DNA from: Octopus vulgaris
Lineage: Eukaryota
Assembly (NCBI GenBank): GCA_951406725.2
Contig: OX597824.1
Span: forward strand, 87,792,001-87,856,000
Direction of reading: 5' to 3'
DNA: 64,000 nucleotides
A program made the translations under genes and the position numbers. The notes below the pieces were generated by a model that did no database searches, was not told where the DNA came from, and saw only the letters and a list, made by a program, of their open reading frames with translations. Shown piece by piece: positions 24,488 to 37,712 of this stretch (position 1 is its first letter; each line of letters begins with the position of its first letter).

Positions 24488-25228
24488 CTCTCAAGCTATG
24501 TACCGTGAACATATTCATACGATATCATGTGCTAGCGCCTAATCCGTTTGCAGAACACGGAACAAGTCTTGCACAAGCAGAAGCAAATCTGGTTAATAAT
24601 CTTCACCATGTGAGAAATGAATAATGGTGTACAGGGAGGGGCTACCATGAAAATATAGAATAATGAAAGTAGTTGAGAAACCAAAATCAAGCATTTATAA
24701 TTTAAGCAATTACAGTGTGTGTTGGCTCTGCATCAATCATTGTTTTTCATGATCTTTATTTTACACGCTTGTTCATTAGGCCTCTGCTGTATTTGTTAAA
24801 ATACACTCAAAACACTAACAGTTAACATAAATGCATTTCCATATGCCAGTACGTTGGACCGGAGCCAGATATGGTCCAGTAGATTTCTTTAAGCAATCAA
24901 TTTACAAACATATAGAAATCTTGATTATTTTACTGTTATTCTAAGAAGGTGTGACTACATCCGGGGAAAGAAATAACCGAAAGAGAATGGTATGGGAAGT
25001 AAATTGAAATTCATGGAAATGATGTTTGTATACTCTTTAAACTCTTTTACTTGTTTCAGTCGTTTGATTGTGGCCATGCTGGAGCACCGCCTTTTAGTCG
25101 AGCAAATCGACACCAGGACTTATTCTTTGTAAGTCTAGAACTTATTCTATCGGTCTCTTTTGCCGAACTGCTAAGTTACGGGGGACATAAACACATCAGC
25201 ATCAGTTGTCGAGCGATGTTGGGGGGGA

Positions 25229-25264
<36 letters not shown>

Positions 25265-25330
25265 TATACAAACAAACATATACACACACATACATATATA
25301 TATATATATGTATGTATGTATGTATGTGTG

Positions 25331-25377
<47 letters not shown>

Positions 25378-28169
25378 ATATGTTTATGTGTCTGTGTTTG
25401 TCCCCCCCAACATCACTTGACAACCGATGCTGGTGTGTTTACGTCCCATTAACTAAACGGTTTGGCAAAAGAGACCGATAGAATAAGTACTAGGCTTACA
25501 AAGAATAAGTCCTGGGGTCGATTTGCTCGACTAAAGGCGGTGCTCCAGCATGGCCACAGTCAAATGACTGAAACAAGTAAAAGAGAAAAAACGCAAAAAG
25601 AGAGCATTTCATGCAGATTTGGCAGAAAAGGTGGTGAGTGAGTGAAGCCTTAGACAAGAGGTACAGCAAGATATTTTAAGTGGCAACTGGGATGACGGAA
25701 GCAAACTGATGAAGGTAGAACCTGCCGAAGCATTGATGATGTAAGTGGAGTAAAGACACTGCTCGATAATACTTGGATAATGGAAGATCTGGTTGTTTGT
25801 CTTAAAAGACTAAACGTCTACAGAAATCACTCTGTACTTTGTAGTCGACACAATCTACATTAAACTGATTGATCCTCAATTCAAACCGCCACAGATGACA
25901 ATAAACAAACTACAAAGGAAACGAACAAAGCTTTAGAGTCACACAACAACCAAGAGACAATGGAATCAAACAAACAATACTATTGTAAGACACAGGAAGA
26001 ATAGAGCAGGTATGTGAAGCAAAATGTAAGTTACAAAATTGCAATGCTTAAATGCAGGAACGCAACTTTTTTTCCTCCGCCTTAAATACTTTTCTTTTGC
26101 AAGGTATTAAATAAAATAACAAGTGTGAGCAGATTGTAAATAAATTTATAGAATAAATAATTAAGAAACAAAAAGCTATTGACTTAAGTGGGTAATGCAC
26201 TGAAATTGCAAGGGAGGTTAGTGAAAAGATTTTAAAAAAGCTCTAAATTAAAAAAATAAAAATTTAAAAAAATTAAAATTAAAAAAAAAATTTTAAATTA
26301 AAAAATTTTAAAAATACGACGAAATAAAAAATATCTAAAAAATAAGGAAAAAAAAAGTAGAAATTTTACCAGTGAGTGTGTTACAATATAAGGCACAAAA
26401 AGAAAATGACTCTCTCCAGACACAACAGAATGTGCTTCAACACACGAACTCATATAAAGAATCTTGCAAACCAAATCCAAAAACGAAATCTAAATTTATA
26501 AAATTTACAAACTGTAGATTGGAAGCAGGATGATTAAGCTTTTAAATTTATAAAAGTGAAAAGAGTATAGAACATTCTAGAACGGTTTTCTGAATGGCAT
26601 GCCAACACAAAAAATTACTTTAAATTGCTTAGTAGTGTGACCCGTCTGACGATGAGCCATGACCCATGCAGCCTGCATCTTGACAAGAGATGTCCATGCC
26701 TTTTCTAGAACATCTTACATCATCATCATCATCATTGTTTAACATCCACTTTCCATGCTAGCATGGGTTAGACGATTTTGACTGTGGGCTGGCAACCAGA
26801 TGGCTGCGCCAGGCTCCAATCTGATCTGGCAGAGTTTCTACAGCTGGATGCCCTTCCTAACGCCAACCACTCCAAGAGTGTAGCGGGTGCTTTTAAAGTG
26901 CCACCGGCACGGGGGCCAGTCTGCCATTCAACCTCATGGATGTAATAGTATAAAATGGCACGTAAAAAGCACCAACTGATTGTGGCCGATGCCAGCCTCG
27001 CCTGGCATGTAAAAAGCACCCACTACACTCACGGAATGGTTGGCGTTAGGAAGGGCATCCAGCTGTAGAAACACTGCCAGATCAGACTGGAGCCTGGTGC
27101 AGCCTCCTGGCTTCCCAGACCCCAGTTGAACCATCCAACCCATGCTAGCATGGAAAGTGGACGTTAAATGATGATGATGATGAAGGCTTGTTATATTTTA
27201 GATGTTTCTGCAGGCATAGCTGTGCGGTTAAGAAGCTTGCTTTGCAACCATATGCTTTTGGGTCCAGTCCCATTATGCAGCACCTTGAGTAAGTGTCTTC
27301 TATTACAGCCCCAGGCTAAACTATGCTTTATGATTAAATTTGGTAGATGGAGACTGTATGGAAGCCCACGGTGTGTGTGTGTGTGTCTGTGTGTGTTTGT
27401 TCCCTTGCTGCTTTTGTAACCAGTATTGGTTTATGTCCCTGTAACCTAGCAGTACAGCAAAAAAGAAACTGATAGAATATGTACCAGATTCGAAATCAAA
27501 ATATACACTGGAATCAAAAACCCTTCGGGACAGCGTCTCAAGCATGGCCGCAGTCCAATGACTGAAGCAAGTAAAGGATAAATTTAAAATGACTTTCCAG
27601 TTTTACTTTAATGTAGGGGTGGGCATAAAATGTTGAGATCAAGGACTTAATTGGCGCAATTGAACCTTTAGAACCTGATAGATATGTCAGATGATATGAA
27701 GGTAGTGTAACTAAAAAAGTCAACAAGATACTCACACAATACCAAGTTGAATTGATGACATTTTAGACAAGAAAGAATTGTATTAAACGCAAAGGTTTCG
27801 CCTCTAGAGCTGTTGTTTTAGTGTTACTTTATGTTTTATTCAAAATGCAACATCAATGTGTTTCGTATTTTTAGAGATTTTTTCCAATACAGTTTGATGT
27901 TTTCATTTCTCAAGTAGCTCAGAAGCTTCAGAATCAATGGTCGGTGCACATGTGTGTGTGTGTGCACGTGCGTGTGTGTGTGTGTGTGTCTGTGTGTGCA
28001 TGTGTGTGTGTGTGTCTGTGTGTGCATGTGCACGTGCGTGTGTGTGTGTGTGTCTGTGTGTGCATGTGCACGTGTGTGTGTGTGTTGTGTATTTTGCGGT
28101 TTCAGATATCAATTTTAAGATTGAAATTTGAATACTAATTTTAGAAATGTGTGTTAATGAGATCAACAA

Positions 28170-28382
28170 AGAGAGAGAGAGAAAGAGAGAGAGGAGAGAG
28201 AGAAAGAGGAGAGAGAAAAAGAGAAGGAGAGAGAAAAAGAGGAGAGAGAGAAAGAGGAGAGAGGGAGAAAGAGAAAGAGAGAGAGAAAAAGAGGAGAGAG
28301 AAAAAGAGGAGAGAGAAAAAGAGGAGAAAGAGAAAGAGAAAAAGAGGGGAGAGAGAAAGAGAGACAGAGAACATGGAGAGAG
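28170..28382. repeat. GA-rich purine tract
   Basis: Direct reading. Confidence 0.93.
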
Positions 28383-28851
28383 TGAAAGCTTTTTGGAAGA
28401 ACATAATTTGCATAAATCACACATAATTAAAACAGAATAATTTCACAGCCGTAAACTAAAAAAAGAAACAAAAAAACCCCCCACTAATGAGAGTAACGAT
28501 ACACACAGATAGAGAATGTTACACACAGGATAAAATTAACCAGCATAAGCATAATTTAGCTTTAATTATCCATGTTCGTTATGGTAATTTTATTTGGCAT
28601 CTGCTTTTATGATTGCATGGTTGAGAGACATCAACCTGGCGATATCTATTAATATACCAAATGTAATATTATGCATATCAATATAGTGTTATAATCACAA
28701 TGGTGTTATGATGGGTAGGAAGAAAAAAGAAAAAGGAAAGCATGTGTAGTTTGGAACAAAAGTTTCACGGTTCGATGACCTTCTTAATACTGACAACGAT
28801 TTGTAAAGACAAACAGATATAGAAATGCATATCAATGAAAATTTAGATTAA

Positions 28852-29427
28852 CCCTTTCGTTACGAACGCGGCTGAAACCACCTTTGGCTCTGTAGTACAA
28901 ATGTCTTGTTTTCATAAGTTTTGAATTAAAATCTTTCACCAAACCTTAGTCACAATTTATGTTCCTAACACTTGCTTAATGATAACTAAGTTATTTTACT
29001 AAATTCTTTGTTATATTTAAAGTAATTAAAAGAAACACAGAGCATCTCAAATGGCTGAAACTGGCTCTGGCTCTGAGTACAAATGTCTTACTTTCTTAAG
29101 TTTTGAATTCAAATCTTGCACCAAACCTTAGTCACAATTTATGTTCCTAACACTAGCTTAATGATAACTAAGTTCTTTTACTAAATTCTTTGTTATATTT
29201 AAAATTGATTGAAAGAAACACAGAATATCTCAAATGGCTGAAACCGGCTCTGGTTCTGTAGTACAAATGTCTTGTTTTCATAAGTTTTGAATTAAAATCT
29301 TCCACCAAACCTTAGTCACAATTTATGTTCCAAACACTAGCTTAATGATAACTAAGTTCCTTGTTATATTTAAAATTAATTGAATGAAACACAGAGCATC
29401 TGAAAATAAATACGGTAATGAAGAACG
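28852..29427 (+). mobile_element. piggyBac-type MITE with internal 183-bp triplication
   Basis: TTAA|CCCTTTCGTTAC left end; units start at 28870, 29053 and 29236; degenerate right end followed by TTAA. Confidence 0.8.
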
Positions 29428-29737
29428 TTAAAAGTTAACACATCTATCCAGTGAAAATATTAATGATGATAATATTTGATTAGTAGGGTAAAAAAAAAAA
29501 ATAAATAAAAACACTCTCAGAAAATAGGTGCAGGCATGGCTGTGTGGTTAAGAAGTTTGCTTTGCAGCCATGTGGTTTCAGGTTCAGTCCCACGGCACGA
29601 TAACTTGAGGAAGTGTCTTCTTCTATAACCCTGGGCCAACCAATGTCTTGAGAACGGACTTAGAAGGAGACAGAAATTGTGGGGAAGCTCGTCATATATG
29701 TGTGTGTGTGAGATACATATATAAATTATCATCATCA

Positions 29738-29771
<34 letters not shown>

Positions 29772-31092
29772 CATTATTGTGAAATCGAAATCAAACTCGG
29801 GGACTGGCATCTGTGCTAGTGGAGCGCTAAGAGTACCATACGAGTGAGATCGTTGCCAGAGCAACAAGCTGACCTCCATGTCGATGGCACATTAAAAACA
29901 CAATTCGAGCGTGAACGTTACCTGTGTCGCCTTACTAGCTCTTGTGCTGGTGGCACGTGAAAAAAAAAAAAACATTCGAGCAAGAAGCACAGCCTTTAGT
30001 CAAACAAATTAACCCCAGGACTTATTCTTTGTAAGCCTAGTAATTATTCTATCGGTCTCTTTTGCCAAACTGTTAAGTTACAGGGCTGTAAACACACCAA
30101 CATCAGTTGTCAAGTGATGGTGGAGGGTGGACAAACACAGACTCACAAATACACACACACATACATACACAACAGGCTTCTTTGAGTTTCCATCTCCCAA
30201 ATCCACTCACAAGGCTTTGGTTGGCCAGAGGCTATTGTAGAAGACACTTGCCCAAGGTGCAACGCAGTGGGACTGAACCTGGAACCATGTGGTTGGGAAG
30301 CAAGCTTCTTACCACACAGTCACGCCTGTTCCTATATATATATATATATATATGACTCTTGATATTTTCCATATTCTTAGAAAAACTAAGAATTATGTAT
30401 ACAAGCGAAAACTGCACAAGACATGAGAAATACTGGTTTAGAAAAATAATTCATTTGCAGTAATTAAGTAAATTAATAGCCTCATCATTACCATCATCCT
30501 TTTCCATCTACTTTTCCTGTTAGAATGGGGTGGATGGTCCGACTGGATCCTATAGGTCTGAGGATCACATCCTGTTCCAATGTCTCTGGAGCTTGACTGG
30601 AATAATCTTCTGAATTGCGAACATGGAACCATTTCCAGTGAACCAGCATTATCAGACAAACTGCCGACTTTTTCTAGGAATATCTCATAAATATGCTGAA
30701 TTGATTAATTTGTGTGTGTGCACATGCACATATATATATATATATATATGTTCCAAGTTGTAGGACATAGTTTTGTATCGAAACCATCCGAACGTGGCCG
30801 TTGCCAGCACCGCCCCGACTGGCCTCCGTGCTGGTGGCATGTAAAAAGCACCAACTGATCATGGCCGCTGCCAGCCTCCCCTGGCACCTGTGCCGGTGGC
30901 ACGTAAAAAGCACCCACTACACTCACAGAGTGGTTGGCGCTAGGAAGGGCATCCAGCTGTAGAAACTCTGCCAGATCAAGCTTGGAGCCTGGTGCAGTCT
31001 CCTGGCTTCCCACGCCCTGGTTGAACCGTCCAACCCGTGCTAGCACGGAAAACGGACGTGAAACGATGATGATGATGATAGGTGCTATTTTA

Positions 31093-31311
31093 TGAGGGGG
31101 TGTTGAAAAGTTCCTGGTTTTAAGGGTATCATATAAGATCTGGCTGGAAGCCCAATCTTGCAGGTTCTTTTACGGGCCTTAGAAAAACTAAAGGACCGCT
31201 GCAATAACTGTGTGAATCTGAGAGGGGAATATGTTGGATAAAATCATAATTAACTGATCCTCCTGTATTTTCTTTTTCACCCAAAGCCAGGAAATTGTCA
31301 GCAGCCCCTCG
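31093..31311 (+). mobile_element. mariner-derived MITE
   Basis: TA TSD; TIRs YGAGGGG.TGYTGAAAAGTTCCTGG. Retains the mariner C-terminus KLKDRCNNCVNLRGEYVG*. Solo TIR pieces at ~993-1026 and ~12988-13018. Confidence 0.85.
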
Positions 31312-32706
31312 TACATAGGAGCACATCTCCAGAGATGAGGTCATAATGTTATGTGGCTTTTTTCTGATAATTTCTATAAAGCCTGGCAACACAGAGTACT
31401 TCAGATAGATTTATTAGCAATGCCAATAAATTTATATGAGAAAAAAGGAAGAGAGAGAGGAGAGAGAGGAGAGAAGGAGAGAGAAGTAATGAAGAAGGAG
31501 AAAAGAGTGTTAGGAGAGAGTGACTGCAGGAGATTGGGTTAAGACCAAAACAATTGCCTAGTTTCGCTTAGAATAATTAATCTGCTAGATTACTCTCAGC
31601 TTAAAATCAGTGACATCTATGAATTAGTAAACACAACCAGGAACAAACGTATACACCATCATTTTCATTGCTACTACTGTTCATAAATATTATATCTACA
31701 TCGTTATTGTTTAACGACTTAAAATGATATAAATATAAATAAATAAAATAAAATAACCGCTTTTTAATAGTTTTTAAACATACTGAAAACGTTTGCATTA
31801 TGAATAATGGCATATAAAAAGCACCATTTGAGCGTGGCCGTTGCCAGTACTGCCTGACTGGCCCTTGTGTCGGTGGCACATAAAAAGCACCATTTGAGCG
31901 TGGCCGTTGCCAGTACTGCCTGACTGGCCCTGGTGCCGGTGGTTCATAAAAGCACCCACTACACTCTCGGAGTGGTTGGCGTTAGGAAGGGCATCCAGCT
32001 GTAGAAACTCTGCCAGATCAGACTGGAGCCTGGTGCAGCCATCTGGTTCGCCAGACCTCAGTCAAATCCTCCAACCCATGCTAGCATGGAAAGCGGACGT
32101 TAAACGATGATGATGATGATGTAATAACTCTCAAAGGTGGTAAAACAAAGGAACAACTCACCGACATTAAACAGCAGCTTTCTTAATCAGCAGTCGGTTA
32201 ACGATATAAATTTAGGCTAATACAAAAAAGGATCCTATCTTCTCCCTATTCTTAATCGAAAAATCTAATTTAAATTGCTAACTAACAGCACTAATTACAC
32301 ATTTTTAATTATATTCTTTTTTTTTTTTTTTTTCTTTATGAATTGCATTTCTGGTTTGAATATTACAGATTACCGATTTCCTGTTTTGTGGGATTCGTTG
32401 ATTAAAAATACCGAAGTTTGAAATTGAAAACTGAAAATTTCTAACCACTTGACTAATTAGTCCCTTAAGGAATTCAGATTTGGAGAAATCTCTGTATAAT
32501 AAAATTATTAAGTAATTCAAGTTTTAATAAGAATAGTGTGTGTGTGTGTGTGTGTGTGTGTTAGGGGCAGCTGTTCAGCTTTTGCAATTAACAAGGTCAC
32601 TTAGACCACTGCCAGGTCAAACTATTTAACGTAAAACATCTAAAACAAATTAATATTCTTTTACAGTCTCATTTTATTGATTTATTCTGAATAGACATAA
32701 TAAGTA

Positions 32707-33137
32707 GAGGTATGACTGCGTGGTAAAGAAGTCTGCTTCCTGATCACATGGTTTCGGGTTCAGTCCCACTGCGTGGCACCTCGGTCAAGTGTTGACCAAA
32801 ACCTTGTGAGTAGATTTGGAGAACAGAAATTAATTGGAGGCCCATTGTGTGTGTGTGTGCGTAAGTGTGCACGCACGTGTGTGTGTGTGTGTGTGTGTGC
32901 GTAAGTGTGTTACTGTCTGCTTGCTTTGACATCATGTGATAGTCGTAAGTGAATGTCACCATCTTGCAAGAGGTGTCCTTCAAAAAACGTGTCTGGCTGC
33001 GGGGAAATATTACCTTGCTTGGAAACAGGTGAGAGTTGGTGACAGGAATGGCACCCAGCTGTAGAAAATCTGCCTCAATAAATTCTGTCTCAGCCATGCA
33101 AGCATGGAAAAACAGAGATTGAAACAATAAACGATGT
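32707..33137 (+). mobile_element. SINE with family-A tRNA head and family-B (RTE-like) tail
   Basis: Head GGTTCAGTCCCACTGCGTGGCACC; tail GTTGGTGACAGGAATGGCACCCAGCTGTAG…AGCATGGAAAAAC. Similar copy at ~42828-43165. Confidence 0.7.
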
Positions 33138-33289
33138 AGATATACTCAGAGAAGAAGAAAATTTATAGCAAAAGTGGTTAAATCTGGTGAGTGACAATGA
33201 TTGTCGTCTTTACACAGGCAAGACAAGGAAGGTCATGAAAATCACGATAGATATATTAGGGATTTGTTCATTGTAACAAGAAACTTTAA

Positions 33290-33755
33290 CCCTTTCGTTA
33301 CCAAACCGGCTCTGGCTCCGAGTACAAATGACTTGTTTTCTCATAAGTTTTGAATTAAAATCTTCCACCAAACCTTAGTCACAATTTATGTTCCTAACAC
33401 TAGCTGAATGATAAACTAAGTTACTTTACTAAATTCTTTGTTATATTTAAAATTAATTGAAAGAAACACAGAGTATCTCAACAGAAATATGATAACAAAA
33501 TGATTAAAATATATAATAGAGAAACAATTCTTAACCCTTTTGATACCAACCCAGCTGAAACCAGCTCTGGCTCTGAGTACAAATATCATGTTTTCATAAG
33601 TTCTGAATTAAAATCTTTCACCAAACCTTAGTCACAATTAATGTTCCTAACACTAGCTTAATGATAAACTAAGTTATTTTACTAAATTCTTTGTTATATT
33701 TAAAGTAATTGAACAAAACACAAAGCATCTCAAAATAAATACAGTAATGAAAGGG
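33290..33755 (+). mobile_element. Two adjacent monomeric copies of the piggyBac-type MITE (33290-33503, 33535-33755)
   Basis: TTAA flanks; second copy has TIRs CCCTTTTGATAC / GTAATGAAAGGG. Confidence 0.85.
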
Positions 33756-35076
33756 TTAAAGGTCACATTGGTAAGCGCTAGGGTGAATGAATTGGCATGC
33801 AGAGAGATTATGGTTATACCACAAGGAATGAAATACAAAATAAGGATTCTTGGGTTCTCAGACATAAATGAGTTAAACATCTGCTACACTAACTTCATTT
33901 TGGGAATTAATTACCACTGATGTTGAACACGAAGCCAAATTACCGAGATTTCATTAGTTATTACAGCATACTAATGATTAAAAGCATTAAATTTAGCACT
34001 GCAAAATATTTCAATCTCCAGAATAGATTTTTGTGAAGGTGTATGGCCCACTGGTTAGGGTGTTGCACCCATTAAATGATGATGATGATGATGATCATCA
34101 TCATCATCGTTTAATGTCTGTTTTCCCTGCTGGCATGGGTTGGACAGTTTGACTGGGGACTGGCAAGCCAGGAGGCCGCACCAGGCTCCAATCTGATCTG
34201 ACACTGTTTCTACAGCCGGATGCCCTTCCTAACACCAACCACTCTGAGAGTGTATTGGGTGCTTTTTATGTGCCACCGGTATAAGAGCCAGCCAGGCGGC
34301 ACTGGCATCGACCACGTTCGGATGGTGCTTTTTACATGCCACTGGCACAGGAGCCAGTCGGGGCAAGGGGCTGGCATCAACCACATTCGGATGGTGCTTT
34401 TTATGTACCACTCGCACAGGGAGCCAGTCAGGCAGCTCTGGCAGCGACCCACGCATGAATGAATGGTGCTTATCATGTGCCACCAGCACTGGTAACGGCC
34501 ACAACTACAATTTCCATCTGATTGTGATTTGATCTGATTTACTTGACTCAATAGGACCCCTCAAGCACCGAACATCGCCCGACAATTCAAAAGTACTGTG
34601 ATTTGATTTGATTTTAAGAATGTGGTTTCAATTTCCAAACTGGGTGGTGTGGTGCGTTCTTGAGCAAAACACTTCATTTCACAACGGTCCAGTCCACTAA
34701 GCTGTAAATGAATAACCCTGCAATGGACTGGCATCTTGTTTAGGGGGAATCTTATGACCTTGGTCACTTATACCTCATGGAAACCAGGTATTGAGCCCTA
34801 TGAATCCTAGGGCTCGAGACAGTAATGTCCAGGGGTTCATTATCATCGTCATTTAATGCCAATTTTCTTTGCTGGCATAGGGCGGACAGTTTGACAAGAG
34901 CTGGCCAGCCAGAGGGCTGCATCGGGTTCCATAGTTGTTTTGACTTGGTTTCTACAGCTGGATGCCTTCCTAATGCCAACCACTTCATAGAATGTACTGA
35001 GTGCTTTTTACATGGCACCATCACCAGTGGTTTTTACAATTCACTGGCACCAATGCTATTAGGTGGCACCAGCGAG

Positions 35077-35383
35077 GGTGCTTTTCACGACAGTGGCACG
35101 GGAGCTTTCCGCAGCAGTGGCACGGGTGCTTTTCGCAGCAGTGGCACGAGAGCATTTCACAGCAGCGGCACTGGTGCTTTTCTCAGCAGTGGCACAGGTG
35201 CTTTTCTCTGCAGCGGCACGGGTGTTTTTTCACGGCAGTGGCACAGGTGCTTTTCATGGCAGCGGCATGGGGCGCTTTTGCAGCAGTGGCACGGGTGCGT
35301 TTCACAACAGCAGCACAGGCGCTTTTTGCAACAGCAACACAGGTGCTTTTCGCAGCAGTGGCATGGGTGCTTTTTACGTGGCA
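35077..35383. repeat. 24-bp GC-rich minisatellite (GGTGCTTTTCGCAGCAGTGGCACR) x ~12
   Basis: Period 24 (one 25-bp unit); directly continues a family-B element. Confidence 0.92.
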
Positions 35384-36318
35384 TTGATAATGAAAACAGA
35401 TTAGCTACGTGCAAAAGCAATAAAAGTAGGAAGCATAATTCCAACAAGCAGAAGCCTGTAGAAGCTGGCCTAAGAGACATCTTTTATCTAACTCAATTGT
35501 TTATACAGAGACACAGAGAATTTATATGGAGCAAGTGAGCTGTGGGTATTCCTAAGGGACAACTTAATGCAATATCTTGATCTACAGCAATGAAGTCGAC
35601 CAGACGACACATTGTGGTAGAAATCTATAGTAGCCGAGACTGAAAGAGATAAGTGATGGTCGAGAAGAAAGGAGGAACAAATTCTAAAACAAAGAAGATG
35701 AGTGAGTGAGATGTTAGAGTCAGGTAACGCAGAGCGAGAAAGAAAACAAAGAAGTTTTCAATACTGTTTAATCAGGAAGTACGAAGTCTTTCGATTGTTT
35801 ACATGAATCAGTCATTGATGAGGAGGAGATGAGTGTTAAGACATACTTTTCAAACGACCACGTTCACAAAAGTGCACTTGTACCTAGGAGAGAGAGAGGG
35901 AAGGAGGGAGAGACAGAAGGAAGAAGGGGAGAGGGAGAGAAAGGAGGAGGGAGAGAGAGAGAGAAAGAGAGGTCGTTATAAACAGGATCAATGCAATAAA
36001 TGCTCTATAGAACCTAACAGCAGAGACAATAATGGATTATTTGAATGGTTAGCTGGAAATAGTGGATTAACTTGTCTAAGTCAGTGTTCCTCGTGGGGAG
36101 GGAGGGACTGTGAGGATTTAAAAAAAGGGGTGGGTGGGGTGGTGGACAAATTGCCCTGTTTAAGAAAATAGGACAGTTTTAGACTTTTCAAATTTGCCAT
36201 CAAGAAAGGAGAGTTGATAGATGCAAACTCCATTCTGTCCTCACATTAGTGAGGCCCCATTAAATTAAACATTAGTGGCCCTAATAATTAAAGCGGAGGA
36301 GTGGTTGGTATTTATCAG

Positions 36319-36543
36319 AAGGCGGCAAGCTGGCAGAAACGTTAGCACGCCGGGCGAAATGCGTAGTCGTATTTCGTCTGCCGTTACGTTCTGAGTTCAA
36401 ATTCCGCCGAGGCCGACTTTGCCTTTCATCCTTTCGGGGGTCGATTAAATAAGTATCAGTTACGCACTGGGGGTCGATGTAATCGACTTAATACGTTTGT
36501 TTGTCGCCTCTGTGTTTAGCCCCTTGTGGGTAGTAAAGAAATA
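36319..36543 (+). mobile_element. Family C SINE monomer
   Basis: 12-bp TSD ggtatttatcag at 36307-36318 and 36544-36555. Confidence 0.88.
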
Positions 36544-37389
36544 GGTATTTATCAGTTTCAGAAGCACTGATCTAAGGGATATTGTTAATGCTGGAGGGGG
36601 GCGGGGGGGTTAACATTTTTGCTTTCAGGTTATTCTGTTAGATGTAATGCTTATTTATTCAGCTTGTTTTGAATTAATTAATCATGGATTATCTTGTAGC
36701 TTTGAGATTTAGATGGTGTGACTATATACGGAAGGACATTGTAGGGTAGGTGTGAGAGGTCAAATTTGGCTGGTATGAACATAAAACTGGTAGAATATTT
36801 GGGCCGGATATGGCTGGCTTAAATGTGAAAGAGTTAAGCAAGGAGCTATTATCTGAGAGTGTAGTGGGTGCTTTTTATGTGCCACCGGAATCAAAAGGGT
36901 TCTCTCCATATAGAAAGGGCAGCATGTATCGTTCAATGTATGCTTTACATGCTAGCATCAGTCAACGTTTGCAACATCTCCTCTTTTCCTCATCTTCTCA
37001 GATAATTTACGAACACATCATAGATGTCATAAAGACATTGTAAATCTATGGGACACAAAGCAACCTCATTCGTGGTGGTGGAGTCACAATAAAATGCATC
37101 CAGTTTCTGCTGCAACAGATTGGAGTCCTGTTCAGGCAGACGACTGTAGTAATCTTACTCACTTATCATCATCATCGCTTAGCGTCCACTTTCCATGCTG
37201 GCATGTGTTGGACGGTTCAACCGGGGTCTGGGAAGCCAGAAGGCTGCACCAGGCCCAGTCTGATCAGGCAATGTTTCTACGGCTGGATGCCCTTCCTAAT
37301 GCCAACCACTCACTTATATGTCATAGAAACGAAGCCAAGCTTTTGCCTGTTAAGTCGTAAGACTCATGACGAACCTAAGTCTTAGTAAG

Positions 37390-37712
37390 GGTGACTCCCT
37401 TCAGTCATGAATGACCATGGGAGTTTCCCATTGAGGCACAAGTCCGGGCAGGGTTGTTTGTGGAAGACCAGCAGTCGTCCATGCATACCAGCCTACCTTC
37501 TCCACTGATGTTATCCAAGTGAAAGGCAAAGGGGCCGATACAGCTTGGCACTGGTGATGTTGCAACTAATTTCTACAGCAGAGTGAACTGGAGCAACGTG
37601 AAATAAAGTGTCTTGCTCAAGAACACAACACACAGCCCAGTCCAGGAATCGAACTCACAACCTCACAATCATTAGCTTGACACTCTAACCACTGAGCCAT
37701 GCACCTTCACTT
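37390..37712 (-). mobile_element. tRNA-derived SINE with GTGTTCTTGAGCAAGACACTT core
   Basis: A-box TGGCTCAGTGG, B-box AGTTCGATTCC; flanked by cttagtaag at 37381-37389 and 37718-37726. Confidence 0.8.

Noticed and set aside
25702-25735. Hammerhead-like CTGATGA-A-GGTAG/CTGCC-GAAG
   Set aside because: GAAG instead of GAAA and no stem I or stem III partner; likely chance.
34825-35538. 237-aa repeat protein ORF
   Set aside because: Built from a retroposon fragment plus a 24-bp minisatellite; the frame shifts mid-array.
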